In this document: positions 1 to 9,634 of the stretch, in pieces
How positions within the stretch are numbered: position 1 is the first letter of the stretch
Layout: the number at the start of each line of letters is the position of its first letter
Origin: Thermoanaerobaculia bacterium
GTDB taxonomy: Bacteria > Acidobacteriota > Thermoanaerobaculia > Gp7-AA8
Assembly (NCBI GenBank): GCA_035999335.1
Contig: DASYGV010000094.1
Coordinates: 21,652 to 85,651, forward strand
Length of the DNA: 64,000 nucleotides
Direction: 5' to 3'
Position numbers and translations under genes: made by a program
Notes under the pieces: model-generated
What the model was told of the DNA's origin: nothing
Database searches by the model: none
The model's input: only the letters and a program-made list of their open reading frames with translations

Positions 1-1363
1 CGGTCGCCGTGTCAGGACCCGCGCTCGTGATCGAGCCGGTGTAGGTGATGTTGTTCCCGGCCGCGACCGGGTCAGGGGAGTCCGTGGCCGTGACGCCGAG
101 GTTCGCGTCTGGAGTGACGTACGCCGTGTCTTCTGTCTCGACGTTGTTCGCGTTGTTCGGATCGGAGACGCCGCTACTGGCGCTGAAGACCGTCGACACC
201 GTCCCGTCGTTGATGCCGAGAACCTCCATGGCCGCGCGTGCGACGACGGTGAAGACCGATGACGCGCCGTTGGCGAAGCTCGGGTTCGTACAGGTGAATG
301 TCGGCGCGGCGTTGACGGACGGCAGCGTGCAGTTCCATCCCGCCGGAACCACTGCCGACTGAAAGCGCAGCGTTCCGCTGTTGAACGAATTCAGCGTCGC
401 GTTCGGAGCCGTGTCCGGTCCGTCGTTTTCGATCGTGACGGTGTACGTGATGTCGTTGTCGGGCGTGACTGGGTCGGGCGAGTCCGTCACCGCGATGGTC
501 ATGTCCGCGTCCGGAGTCGTGTAAAACGTGTCTTCCTGCTCCGTGTTGTTCAAGTCATTCGTGTCGTCCCCGGTGCCGTTCACGCCGAAGACGGTCGACA
601 CCGTGCCGTCGTTGATGCCGAGAACTTCGTCCTGCGCCTGCACGACCACCGTGAAGTTGACCGTGCTCGGAGCGAAGCTCGGATTCGAGCAGGTGAACGT
701 CGGCACGCCGTTGACCGCGGGTAGCGTGCAGTTCCATCCCGGCGGCGCGGTGGCCGACTGAAACCGCAGCGTCCCACTGTTGAACACGTTGAAGTTCACG
801 CTCGTCGCCGTGTCGGGCCCCCCGTTCGTCACCGGGATCGTGTAGGTGATGTTCCCGTCGGGGAAGACCGGATCGGGCGAGTCCGTAACGGTGAGCGACA
901 AGTCGATCTGCGGCGTGTCGTAATTCGTCGTCGCTGCCTTCGAATTGTTTGCGGCGTTCGCATCTGGTGTTGTGCCCGAGGTGGTGAAGGTCGTGCTGAA
1001 GCTGCCGTCAGGGAAGTTGATGAGAGACGGGACGACCTGCACCGTCATCGTGAACACCACCGTGCTCGGAGCCCACGATGGATTGATGCAGCTCACGGCC
1101 GCCCCGAAGGTGAAGCAACTAAACCCCGCGGGGGTGACGGTGTTCATGTAAGTGATCTCGCCGGGGAGGTTCACGTTGAACCCACCGTTTACGGCCGGAT
1201 CGGGGCCGTGATTCGTCATCGTGATCGTGTAGGTGAGCGTGGAACCGGGAGTGATCGGATCAGGCGCGTCGGCGACCGACACGACCTCCTGATCGGCGGA
1301 CTGTGCAAACGCGACTGCGGGGAGAAGAAGGCACACGAGCACTGCACGACGCAGAATCGTCAT
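1..1363 (-). CDS. DUF11-type repeat surface protein, N-terminal part (3' end runs off the left edge)
   Basis: Absent from the ORF track because it is open at the window edge. Reverse translation from the ATG at 1363..1361 gives MTILRRAVLVCLLLPAVAFAQSADQ (signal peptide). Repeated units follow with LTYTITMTNHGPDPA and ITYTIPVTNGG motifs typical of the DUF11 conserved repeat. Period is about 400 bp, with copies near 45, 445, 848 and 1240. Plus-strand ORFs 45-362, 528-761 and 945-1151 are antisense shadows. Confidence 0.75.
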   Translation of the reverse strand, partial: MTILRRAVLVCLLLPAVAFAQSADQEVVSVADAPDPITPGSTLTYTITMTNHGPDPAVNGGFNVNLPGEITYMNTVTPAGFSCFTFGAAVSCINPSWAPSTVVFTMTVQVVPSLINFPDGSFSTTFTTSGTTPDANAANNSKAATTNYDTPQIDLSLTVTDSPDPVFPDGNITYTIPVTNGGPDTATSVNFNVFNSGTLRFQSATAPPGWNCTLPAVNGVPTFTCSNPSFAPSTVNFTVVVQAQDEVLGINDGTVSTVFGVNGTGDDTNDLNNTEQEDTFYTTPDADMTIAVTDSPDPVTPDNDITYTVTIENDGPDTAPNATLNSFNSGTLRFQSAVVPAGWNCTLPSVNAAPTFTCTNPSFANGASSVFTVVARAAMEVLGINDGTVSTVFSASSGVSDPNNANNVETEDTAYVTPDANLGVTATDSPDPVAAGNNITYTGSITSAGPDTAT

Positions 1364-1448
1364 CACGGCAGAAAGCTCCTCTCTGACCTGATCGCGTGAA
1401 CTGTCAGCAAAGTCCCTCACGCACGGTTACAATCGGAGAGAACCTTAC

Positions 1449-1478
1449 TCAGCACCCAGCACTCAGCACCCAGCACTT
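1449..1478. repeat. Tandem CAGCAC(C/T) heptamer block, a single arm of the 30629-30710 hairpin family
   Basis: ctcagcacccagcactcagcacccagcact lies upstream of the sigma factor gene. The same heptamer units form both arms of the hairpin at 30629-30710. Confidence 0.6.
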
Positions 1479-1490
1479 CATCTCACTCCC

Positions 1491-2045
1491 ATGTCCGAGG
1501 TCACCCAACTTCTTCGAGAATGGAGCAGCGGGAGGCAGGAGGCCCGCGACGAGCTCCTCGGCCTGGTCTACGAGCCGTTGCGCGCGATCGCGGGACGCCA
1601 TCTCCGCCGCGAGCGCGAGGGGCATACGCTCCAGCCGACGGCACTGGTCAACGAGCTCTATCTGAAGCTCGTCGATCAGAGAAAAGTCGCGTGGGCCGAC
1701 CGCGCGCACTTCTTCGCCGTCGCCGCGCAGGTCATGCGGCGCATCCTCGTCGACCACGCGCGGCGGAAAAAGAGCGACAAGCGCGGCGGGGACATGATCG
1801 CGGTCACGATCGGCGCGGCGCTCGATCTCGCGGCCACGGAGAACATCGACGTCGTCGCGCTCGACGTCGCCCTGGAAAACCTGACTGCGATCTTTCCGCA
1901 GCAGGCCCGCATCGTGGAGCTCCGTTTCTACGCCGGTCTCACCATCGATGAGACCGCGGCCGTCCTCGGCATCTCTCCAGCGACGATCAGCCGCGAGTGG
2001 ACCATGGCACGGGCCTGGCTTCGGCGCGAGCTGGGTTCGCGATGA
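1491..2045 (+). CDS. ECF-type RNA polymerase sigma factor (kinase-associated ECF class)
   Basis: 184 aa. The N-terminus MSEVTQLLREWSSGRQEARDELLGLVYEPLRAIA and TLQPTALVNELYLKL match the ECF family that pairs with Ser/Thr kinases. The C-terminal region-4 helix-turn-helix is LTIDETAAVLGISPATISREW. The stop codon overlaps the kinase start (ATGA at 2042-2045). Confidence 0.9.
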   Translation: MSEVTQLLREWSSGRQEARDELLGLVYEPLRAIAGRHLRREREGHTLQPTALVNELYLKLVDQRKVAWADRAHFFAVAAQVMRRILVDHARRKKSDKRGGDMIAVTIGAALDLAATENIDVVALDVALENLTAIFPQQARIVELRFYAGLTIDETAAVLGISPATISREWTMARAWLRRELGSR

Positions 2046-4216
2046 CGACATTTTGGGACGAGGTCCGGGACCTCTTTCACGCGGCCTCCGAGACGCCGCC
2101 GGAACAACGCACGACGTTGCTCGCGAACGCCGACGCCGAAGTGCGTAAGGAAGTGGAGTCGCTCCTCGCGGCGCACGATCAGCCGGGCGAGTTTCTCGAT
2201 CGCTCCGTGTGGGACTTCATCGACGCGCACGAAGGAGCGCGGCTCGCGGGCTCGCTGATCGGACCGTATCGCATCGTGCGGCCGCTGGGGCACGGCGGGA
2301 TGGGCACGGTGTTCCTCGCGATCCGCGACGGCGGCGACTTCACGCAACGCGTGGCGATCAAGCTGGTGCGCGGGGGCGAGATGCTCGTGCAGCGCTTCCG
2401 GCAGGAGCGCCAGATCCTGGCCGGTCTCGATCATCCGAACATCGCCCGGCTCATCGACGGAGGCACGACCAGCAACGGTCTTCCGTACCTGGTGATGGAG
2501 TACGTCGACGGCACGCCGATCGACGAGTTCGCGCGCGGGCTGACCATCGCAGAGAAACTGCGGCTCTTCCTGCAGCTCTGCGACGCCGTGGAGTACGCGC
2601 ATCGCAGTCTGATCATTCATCGCGACATCAAGCCGGGGAACGTGCTCGTGACCGCGGACGGTACGCCGAAGCTGCTCGATTTCGGCATCGCCAAGCTGGC
2701 GTCGCCGGAGACGCGTCCGGACGCGACGGCCACGCGTCTGATGACGCCGGACTATGCGAGCCCGGAACAACTCCTCGGCCGCCACGTCACGACGGCGACG
2801 GACGTCTACTCCCTCGGTGTGCTGCTGTTCGAGCTGCTCACCGACGCGAAACCGTTCGTCGCGGACAAGCGCACTCCGGCCACCGAGGCTGCGCGCGCGA
2901 GCACGGTTGCGCGCTCGTTGCGTGGAGATCTCGACACGATCCTCGCGTGCGCGCTCGACCTCGATCCGCAGCGCCGCTACGGCTCGATCGAGCGTTTCGC
3001 GGACGACGTTCGCCGCCATCTCAGCGGGCATCCGGTGCTCGCGCGCCCGGCGACGTTCAGCTATCGCGCGTCGAAGTTCGTGCGGCGCAACAAGCTGATG
3101 GTCGCCGCCGGCGCGGCGATCGCGGTGGTGACGGCGATCGCGTTCGCGACGACGCTGCATCAGAAGCGGATCGCGGAGCGGCGCTTCGACGAAGTGCGCT
3201 CGCTCGCGCGTGCGGTGGTCTTCGAGCTGCACGATGCCATCGCGCCGCTGCCAGGATCGACGGCCGCGCGCGAATTGCTGGTGCGCCGCGCGCTGGTGTA
3301 TCTCGACAACCTCGCGGCCGAGGCTTCGGACAACGTGGAGCTGCGGACGGAGCTCGCGGGGGCGTATCTGAAGATCGGCGACGTGCAGGGCCTGCCGTAT
3401 CGCGCGAACCTCGGCGACACGGCGGGCGCGATGACGAGCTATCGCAAGGCGCTGAGGATCGCGGAGGGAACCGACTCTGCGGCACTGCTCGCTGACCTGC
3501 ACGATCGCATCGGTTTCGTCGAGCAGCGCGCGCTGCGTTGGGACGAAGCGCTGGCCGCGCACGTGCGTGCCCGCGAGATTCGCGAGACACTTCCGCCGAC
3601 TCCCGAGCTCGCGCGCACGTGGACCGCGATCGGCGACTGCCGATACATCGGCCACCGTTCGCCGACGGCGCAACAGGCGTACGAAGGCGCGCTCGGCGTG
3701 CTCGCGCGGCTTCCGAGCTCTCCCGACGCGTTGATCGAGACCGGGCGCGCGAATCAGCGCCTCGGCGGCTTCTTCAGCGGCGCGATGGTTCACGATCTCC
3801 CGCGCGCGATCCGCCATCACGACGCGGCATTGAAAGCGCTTGAGCAACGCTGCGCGCTCGATCCGTCCGACGCCGTCGCGCGCCGCAACTTTGCCGATCA
3901 GATGGTCATGAAGGCGACGGCGCAGAACAGGATGAAGGACGGCGCGGGCGCGCTCGCGTCGACGGAGCGTGCGCTCGAGCTGCTGCGCGAGCTGGCCGCG
4001 GCGGACCCGAAGAACGCGGAGGGCCAGAAGGATCTCGCGTTCGCCCACGGCGAGCAGGCGCAGGCGCTCGTCCACCTCGGACGCCTCGACGACGCGCGGC
4101 GCGCGTACCGGCGCGCGATCGAGATCCACGAACAGCGCCTCGCGATCGACCCTTCGAGCGAGGAAGACCGGCGCGATCTGAAGCGGCTTCAGGGGCAATT
4201 GGAGAAGATGAAATAG
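2042..4216 (+). CDS. Ser/Thr protein kinase with one TM helix and a C-terminal TPR-like domain
   Basis: Hanks kinase motifs are GHGGMGTVFLA, VAIK, HRDIKPGNVL, DFG and SPE. A TM segment is LMVAAGAAIAVVTAIAFATTL. The C-terminal half is helical and repeat-like. Start is set at the ATG at 2042 (MTTFWDEV), coupled to the sigma factor stop, not at the track start of 1997. Confidence 0.9.
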   Translation: MTTFWDEVRDLFHAASETPPEQRTTLLANADAEVRKEVESLLAAHDQPGEFLDRSVWDFIDAHEGARLAGSLIGPYRIVRPLGHGGMGTVFLAIRDGGDFTQRVAIKLVRGGEMLVQRFRQERQILAGLDHPNIARLIDGGTTSNGLPYLVMEYVDGTPIDEFARGLTIAEKLRLFLQLCDAVEYAHRSLIIHRDIKPGNVLVTADGTPKLLDFGIAKLASPETRPDATATRLMTPDYASPEQLLGRHVTTATDVYSLGVLLFELLTDAKPFVADKRTPATEAARASTVARSLRGDLDTILACALDLDPQRRYGSIERFADDVRRHLSGHPVLARPATFSYRASKFVRRNKLMVAAGAAIAVVTAIAFATTLHQKRIAERRFDEVRSLARAVVFELHDAIAPLPGSTAARELLVRRALVYLDNLAAEASDNVELRTELAGAYLKIGDVQGLPYRANLGDTAGAMTSYRKALRIAEGTDSAALLADLHDRIGFVEQRALRWDEALAAHVRAREIRETLPPTPELARTWTAIGDCRYIGHRSPTAQQAYEGALGVLARLPSSPDALIETGRANQRLGGFFSGAMVHDLPRAIRHHDAALKALEQRCALDPSDAVARRNFADQMVMKATAQNRMKDGAGALASTERALELLRELAAADPKNAEGQKDLAFAHGEQAQALVHLGRLDDARRAYRRAIEIHEQRLAIDPSSEEDRRDLKRLQGQLEKMK

Positions 4217-4290
4217 GACGAATAGGACCAATAGGACGAATAAGACAAGCACAGTCGTCCTATCGGTCCTATCGGCCTATTTTGTCCTAT
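4213..4290. repeat. Hairpin built from ATAGGAC-containing 9-nt units (inverted arms 4213-4247 and 4256-4290)
   Basis: ataggacgaataggaccaataggacgaataagaca pairs with tcgtcctatcggtcctatcggcctattttgtcctat. The kinase stop TAG (4214-4216) lies in the left arm. The TTG start proposed for the next gene lies in the right arm. Confidence 0.8.
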
Positions 4291-7062
4291 GATCCCTCAC
4301 TCGAAACCGTGCCCGTCCCCGATCGCTATCGCTCTTCGTTCTCCCCGTCCACGCTTCAGACGCTCGAGATGCACAGCGCGCGTTTCCGCGTCAGCGATCC
4401 GTTGTTCTTTCGCAACGCGTACACCGCGGACGTGACGGAGAACGAGCGGCGGACGTTTCGTCCGATCCTCATCGTCAGCCCCGGCGCGGACCGCTTCACG
4501 ATGATGCGCTGCGCCTGTCAGGCGTTCATGCGGCCGAACGATCTCTGCCGCCACATCGCGATGTTGATCGTGCAGATGAGCGGCGAGGACGGTGTGCTCC
4601 CCGCGGAGAGGTTCGAGCATAGCGTCTGGCGCGCGATCGGATTTGCATCCTTCAGCGAAGGGCGCGCGATCGAGGACCGGATCGCGATGGATCCGCGCGA
4701 GCAGCTCCTGCGCAAGTACTCGCTCACACCCGGCGAGCAGCAACTCCTCGAGCGCGGCGCCGGCTCCGCTCGCCTCCTGTTCGAGAGCTCGCCGTGGTAC
4801 CGGTGGAGCAAGGAGATGTTCGTGCGCGCAGCCGACGCGAAGCTCGAGTTTCGCGACGGCGGTTTCCAACTGCATACCGGGATACCGGTACCTGCCGCGG
4901 CGGTGGAGCACATCGTCGGATACGCGCCCGAGATCGTCACGGCCAGCGGCTTCGAGATTGCACCGCAGACACTGACGCCGTCGCTGCGCATCGAGATCAC
5001 GCGCGCACGGGCGCTGAGGTTCTCGCCCGTGCTTCTCGGCAGCGCCGGCGTCGTGCACGACCGCGCTCTTCTTCCTCGCTTCGGCAAGTACTTCCTCGTC
5101 GGAAACCGTCTCGCGTCGCCCGCGGCCGCGCAGCCGATGTTCGCGGAGCGCGCGGAGAGCGGACAGGCCGCGCTCTTCGAAGTGCGTGCGAGCGCTGGGC
5201 TGCCGTACGACCGCGAGAGCGTGATCGCCGAGAACGAGGTGTTCGCGTTCGTCGAGCGGCATCACGGCGAGCTCGCGAAGATGCCGGACTCGCTTGCACC
5301 CGAGCCGGTGCGGAACGCGAAACCGGTGCGGCTGGATGGGGAGGTGATCTTTGATTTCGCCCCGGCGGAGAGTCGTCCAGTCGTCGAGTCGACGAGTCGA
5401 CAAGCAGAAGAAACCTCGACGACTCGGCGACTTGACGACTCGACGACTCTGCTCGAGATCGAGATCACTTTCCTAGCGGGCGACGACTCCATCTCCGCAG
5501 CCGACATCGCACGTGCGCGGCGCGAGGGCATTCGCGCGCTCATCCGCGGCAACCTCTGGATCGACGTCACCGATCCGCAGTTCGCGTGGCTCGACGATGC
5601 GACCATCGGTCCGCGCGGACACGTGCTCGTCACGAAGCTCGAGCTGCTGCGCATCCGCGGCTCGCTGCGCGGGAAGGCGATCTTTCGCGGAGATCCTGCG
5701 TGCGAGAGCGTCTTCCGACTCTTCGACGCAATCCAGACCGACACCGACGCGCCCTCTCCCTCGGAACTCGGACTCGATCTGTACGCGTATCAGCAGACCG
5801 GCTATCAATGGTTGTGGCTCCTGCAGCAGAACGGCTTCGGCGGGCTGCTCTGCGACGACATGGGCCTCGGCAAGACGCATCAGGCCATCGCGCTCATCGC
5901 TGCTCTCACGCAGGCCGATCCCTCGCTCTCCGTCCTCGTCGTCTGTCCCACCTCGCTCATCCATCACTGGAAAGACAAGCTCGCGCGCTACATGCCGAAC
6001 GTGTCGGTCACTCTGACGACGTACGGCCTCGTGCGCTCGCGCATCGAGCAGTTCCGCGGCCGGCGCTTCGATCTCGTCGTCCTCGACGAGATGCAGACCA
6101 TCAAGAACGCCGACACCGCGACGCACCACGCGCTCCGCGCGATCGAGAAGCGCATCGCCATCGGACTCACCGGCACGCCGATCGAGAATCACGAGGGCGA
6201 GCTGAAAGTGCTCCTCGACTTCGTCGTGCCGGGCTACCTGCCAAAGCGTGTCGATGATCGTACGACGCTGCAGCGACTCGTGCGTCCCTTCGTCCTGCGC
6301 CGCACGAAAGCCCAGGTGTTGACGGAGCTGCCGCCGAAGATCGTCGACAAACGCTACTGCGAGCTCACCGGCGAGCAGCGCGCGCTCTACCGCCGCGTGA
6401 TCGAAGCGCGCGCGAAGCCGTTGCGCGCGCAGCTCCGCGCCGGCGGCGTCGTGTCGTACGTGCACATCTTCGCAGCGCTGAACTACCTCAAGCAGATCTG
6501 CAATCATCCTGCGTCCGCCGGCGGTGGGTTCGGCGCGAGCGATGTTCCCTCGGGCAAGTGGGAGTTGTTCACCGAGCTCCTCGAAGAGTGCATGAGCAGC
6601 GGCCTGAAGGTCGTCGTGTTTTCGCAGTACCTGTCGATGCTCGACCTCATCGAGAAGCACCTGGTCGTGAACGACGTCGGCTACGCGTCGATCCGCGGCG
6701 GAACGCGGGATCGCGGAGACGAGATCGCGCGGTTTCAGGACGACGAGGATTGCCGCGTCTTCACCGCGAGTCTCCGCGCGGGCGGACTCGGCATCGATCT
6801 CACCAGCGCGTCGGTGGTCATTCACTACGACCGCTGGTGGAACCAGGCCCGCGAGGATCAGGCCACCGACCGCGTGCATCGCCTCGGCCAGAACAAAGGC
6901 GTGCAGGTGATCAAGCTGATCTCACGCAACACGATCGAGGAGAAGATCGACGCGCTGATCGAGCGCAAGGCCGCACTGGCCATGGATCTCATTCGCCCCG
7001 ACGATCCGTCGCTCGTCAAACAGTTCACGCGAGACGAGCTCGATGAGCTCCTGGCTGATTAG
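4282..7062 (+). CDS. SNF2-family helicase with an N-terminal SWIM zinc finger
   Basis: SWIM motif is CACQAFMRPNDLCRH (CxCx12CxH). SNF2 N-domain motif is LCDDMGLGKTHQAIALI with DEMQTIKN. Helicase C motif is YDRWWNQAREDQATDRVHRLGQNKGVQV. The start is uncertain: the TTG at 4282 sits inside a hairpin arm, and a downstream Met is possible. Confidence 0.85.
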   Translation: MSYDPSLETVPVPDRYRSSFSPSTLQTLEMHSARFRVSDPLFFRNAYTADVTENERRTFRPILIVSPGADRFTMMRCACQAFMRPNDLCRHIAMLIVQMSGEDGVLPAERFEHSVWRAIGFASFSEGRAIEDRIAMDPREQLLRKYSLTPGEQQLLERGAGSARLLFESSPWYRWSKEMFVRAADAKLEFRDGGFQLHTGIPVPAAAVEHIVGYAPEIVTASGFEIAPQTLTPSLRIEITRARALRFSPVLLGSAGVVHDRALLPRFGKYFLVGNRLASPAAAQPMFAERAESGQAALFEVRASAGLPYDRESVIAENEVFAFVERHHGELAKMPDSLAPEPVRNAKPVRLDGEVIFDFAPAESRPVVESTSRQAEETSTTRRLDDSTTLLEIEITFLAGDDSISAADIARARREGIRALIRGNLWIDVTDPQFAWLDDATIGPRGHVLVTKLELLRIRGSLRGKAIFRGDPACESVFRLFDAIQTDTDAPSPSELGLDLYAYQQTGYQWLWLLQQNGFGGLLCDDMGLGKTHQAIALIAALTQADPSLSVLVVCPTSLIHHWKDKLARYMPNVSVTLTTYGLVRSRIEQFRGRRFDLVVLDEMQTIKNADTATHHALRAIEKRIAIGLTGTPIENHEGELKVLLDFVVPGYLPKRVDDRTTLQRLVRPFVLRRTKAQVLTELPPKIVDKRYCELTGEQRALYRRVIEARAKPLRAQLRAGGVVSYVHIFAALNYLKQICNHPASAGGGFGASDVPSGKWELFTELLEECMSSGLKVVVFSQYLSMLDLIEKHLVVNDVGYASIRGGTRDRGDEIARFQDDEDCRVFTASLRAGGLGIDLTSASVVIHYDRWWNQAREDQATDRVHRLGQNKGVQVIKLISRNTIEEKIDALIERKAALAMDLIRPDDPSLVKQFTRDELDELLAD

Positions 7063-7146
7063 GGCGCAGGGGCAGAGCGCAGGGCGCAGGAGAACCGGCC
7101 TTCGATGCTCTCGTCAGTGCTCCTGCGCCCTGCCCTCTGGGCCCTG
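7061..7146. repeat. Hairpin of GGGCGCAGG-type units immediately after the SNF2 stop
   Basis: Left arm agggcgcaggggcagagcgcagggcgcaggag (7061-7092) pairs with right arm ctcctgcgccctgccctctgggccct (7121-7146). It starts at the TAG stop. Confidence 0.75.
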
Positions 7147-7293
7147 ATTTGTGATCTCCGTCACGCTCTCTTTCCGTATGAGAGTCTTTAATGACTGCCT
7201 CTTTTCAGATCGACGTCCGGATCTCTCGTCCGGACACAAACAAATCGCAGGCGTAAGCGCGTGTGGGCGCGCAAAACACCCGGAGGTTCTCAT

Positions 7294-8859
7294 ATGCGGA
7301 CGGCGTATACGGCGGTAGCCGTGTTTCTTCTATTGGCATTCGGTGCCGCGGCAGGCACCATCACATCTCTCGATCCTGCATCCATCCCCCATCGTGGCGG
7401 CGAGTTCTTCCTGACGGTCTACGGCTCGGGCCTCGGCGACAAGATCACGTTCGACGGAGCGCCCGGCAGATTCGATCTCGAGATCAGCGCCAGCGACACC
7501 GGCTACGTGATCGTCTGGATTCCCCAGGAGATCGTGAACGATGCCGGGACCTACAACGTGACGGCCGGCGATTCGAACAAGGCGACCCTCACGGTCACGA
7601 AGCCGGGAAGTCCGAAGCTCTCGCTGCATCTGCCGGAGCTGCTCAATGCGCTGGCGAAGTCGCGTCTCGGCACGAAGATCGAGTACGAATTCAACACCAC
7701 CGGCGGCGAAGGAACGATCAACGTGGAGTGCGATCCGAAGTCGGGCTCGACGTTCCCGTACGGCAAGTCGAGCATCCGCTGCGTCGCGAGCGATCAAGCC
7801 GGCAATCGTGCCGATGGCGTCATCGACGTGAACGTGTGGGATGGCACCGCGCCGGTGCTCGAATACCCGAAGTCGTTCGAGGTCCAGGCCGAAAACGACG
7901 AAGGCGCGGTCGTGCAGTACACGACGCGAGCGGTCGATGACGTCGACGGCGAGCTGCGCGTCGTCTGTTCGAAGGAATCGGGGAAGGTTTTCCCTCCCGG
8001 CCGGACGACCGTGAATTGCGAAGCGGTCGACGAAGCGCTCAATCCCGCCTTCGGATCGTTCGACGTGTTCGTGCACCCGCGCGACATCGGCCGTCTCGAG
8101 CTGAAGGTCCCGGACAAAGTCGTGGAAGTCGCACAGAGCGAGGCGGGCGCCGAAGTCTTCTTCGAAGTTCTGGCGTACGGCAGCGCGGATCCCGATCCGG
8201 TGGTCACGTGCAAGCCGCCGTCGGGCTGGTTTTTCCCGATGAAGAAAACGAGGGTGTACTGCAGCGCGGAGGACGATTTCGGCCAGCGTGCGGAAGGAGC
8301 CTTCGACGTCGAAGTGATCGACAGACTCGGGCTGCGTATGCCTGACGTGACGGCCGAGGCCACGAGCTCGAACGGTACGGAAGTGTCGTGGGAGCCGGTG
8401 GCCGAGGATTGGTCGAATGCGATCACCTGCTCGCCGTCCTCCGGTTCGCTGTTCGACCTCGGCGCGACCTCCGTCGACTGCGAGTCGACGGACGCGAAGG
8501 GCCGCCGCGCGGGCGGCAAGTTCACCGTGAATGTGGTCGACACGATCGCTCCGCACATCGGCCGCGTTCGCGCGAACGCGGGTGCGGTGGACGCGCAGCG
8601 GAATGTCGTGCCGGTGGAGGTCGCGGTCGACGCGATCGACGTGGCCGACGCGATGCCGCGTTGCTCGATCGCGACGCTCATCGCCGACGGCGCCGCGTTC
8701 GATTGGCGCGTGAAGTCCGAGCTCGAAGTCGAGGTCGGCGCCGACACGAGCCGTCCGTTCCGCATCCAGGTGAGCTGCGTCGACGCATCCGGCAATCGCT
8801 CGACGGACAGCGTCGCGGTGTCGCTCCAGGGCACCGGCCGCCGCCGCGCGACTCGGTAA
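7294..8859 (+). CDS. Secreted protein with multiple HYR (hyalin repeat) Ig-like domains
   Basis: GGAGG at 7282-7286 lies 7 nt before the ATG at 7294. Signal peptide is MRTAYTAVAVFLLLAFGAAAG. A recurring pattern CxPxSGSxFPxGxTxVxCxAxDxxGN appears about four times. Confidence 0.75.
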   Translation: MRTAYTAVAVFLLLAFGAAAGTITSLDPASIPHRGGEFFLTVYGSGLGDKITFDGAPGRFDLEISASDTGYVIVWIPQEIVNDAGTYNVTAGDSNKATLTVTKPGSPKLSLHLPELLNALAKSRLGTKIEYEFNTTGGEGTINVECDPKSGSTFPYGKSSIRCVASDQAGNRADGVIDVNVWDGTAPVLEYPKSFEVQAENDEGAVVQYTTRAVDDVDGELRVVCSKESGKVFPPGRTTVNCEAVDEALNPAFGSFDVFVHPRDIGRLELKVPDKVVEVAQSEAGAEVFFEVLAYGSADPDPVVTCKPPSGWFFPMKKTRVYCSAEDDFGQRAEGAFDVEVIDRLGLRMPDVTAEATSSNGTEVSWEPVAEDWSNAITCSPSSGSLFDLGATSVDCESTDAKGRRAGGKFTVNVVDTIAPHIGRVRANAGAVDAQRNVVPVEVAVDAIDVADAMPRCSIATLIADGAAFDWRVKSELEVEVGADTSRPFRIQVSCVDASGNRSTDSVAVSLQGTGRRRATR

Positions 8860-8868
8860 TTCTCCATT

Positions 8869-8895
8869 GGGGGGCGGGCTTCCAGCCCGCCCCCT
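8869..8895 (+). terminator. GC-rich stem-loop after the HYR gene
   Basis: ggggggcgggc ttcca gcccgcccccT starts 10 nt after the TAA stop and is followed by a pyrimidine-rich tract. Confidence 0.6.
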
Positions 8896-9088
8896 GCCTT
8901 TGTCCTCTCTTCGTCGCTCTCCTCTCCTTCATTCTTCCCTGCATCGCCAGCGCGCGCATGACTCGCGGTTGCACCGGACGCGAACCGCTGCTTTACTGTC
9001 TCGCGCGAGCTCTGCTTCATCGCGTCGCGAGCAAGGCTAGTGAAACGGAGCAGAAAGGCTGAGACGGAAAGTGCAAAGAGCTAAAGAC

Positions 9089-9634
9089 ATGAAAGCAAAA
9101 CAACGTGACGAGCTCCTCAGAGTATTGAAGGGCCGTTTCGAGAAGAACATGAGCCGCCATAAAGGTCTTGAATGGGCGAAAGTACAAGCAAGGCTGGAAG
9201 CGAATCCTGAAAAGCTGTGGTCACTCAATGAAATGGAACGAACCGGCGGCGAACCGGATGTTGTTGGTCATGATAAGAAGACGGACGAATACATCTTCTA
9301 CGATTGTTCTGCGGAAAGTCCTGAAGGCCGCAGAAGTGTTTGTTACGACCGTGAAGGACTGGAGTCGAGGAAGGAAAATAGACCGGCGAATAGCGCTATT
9401 GACATGGCTGTCGCCATGGGGATTGAGCTTTTGACGGAAAAAGAGTATCGGGAGTTGCAGCAACTTGGAAAATTCGATGCGAAAACATCGAGCTGGGTGA
9501 AAACGCCTCCTGCTATTAGAGAGCTCGGCGGCGCCCTCTTTGCTGATTTCCGCTACGGCAATGTCTTCGTGTATCACAACGGTGCGCAGTCCTACTATGG
9601 CGCCAGGGGTTTCCGTGGCTCGCTGAGGGCCTGA
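9089..9634 (+). CDS. DUF4256 domain protein
   Basis: MKAKQRDELLRVLKGRFEKNMSRHKGLEWAKVQARLEANPEKLWSLNEMERTGGEPDVV matches my recollection of the DUF4256 family N-terminus. The gene and its flanks are visibly AT-richer than the rest of the window. The track start (GTG at 9071) is an alternative. Confidence 0.7.
   Translation: MKAKQRDELLRVLKGRFEKNMSRHKGLEWAKVQARLEANPEKLWSLNEMERTGGEPDVVGHDKKTDEYIFYDCSAESPEGRRSVCYDREGLESRKENRPANSAIDMAVAMGIELLTEKEYRELQQLGKFDAKTSSWVKTPPAIRELGGALFADFRYGNVFVYHNGAQSYYGARGFRGSLRA

Noticed and set aside
1928-4252. 774-aa minus-strand ORF opposite the Ser/Thr kinase
   Set aside because: It has extreme Arg/Ala/Leu-rich composition and no motifs. The plus-strand partner has a full set of Hanks kinase motifs. 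This is a typical high-GC antisense shadow ORF.
8896-9070. Possible small gene or ncRNA in the pyrimidine-rich gap before the DUF4256 gene
   Set aside because: There is no convincing ORF with an RBS, no clear conserved structure and no tRNA-like features. It cannot be supported from the sequence alone.
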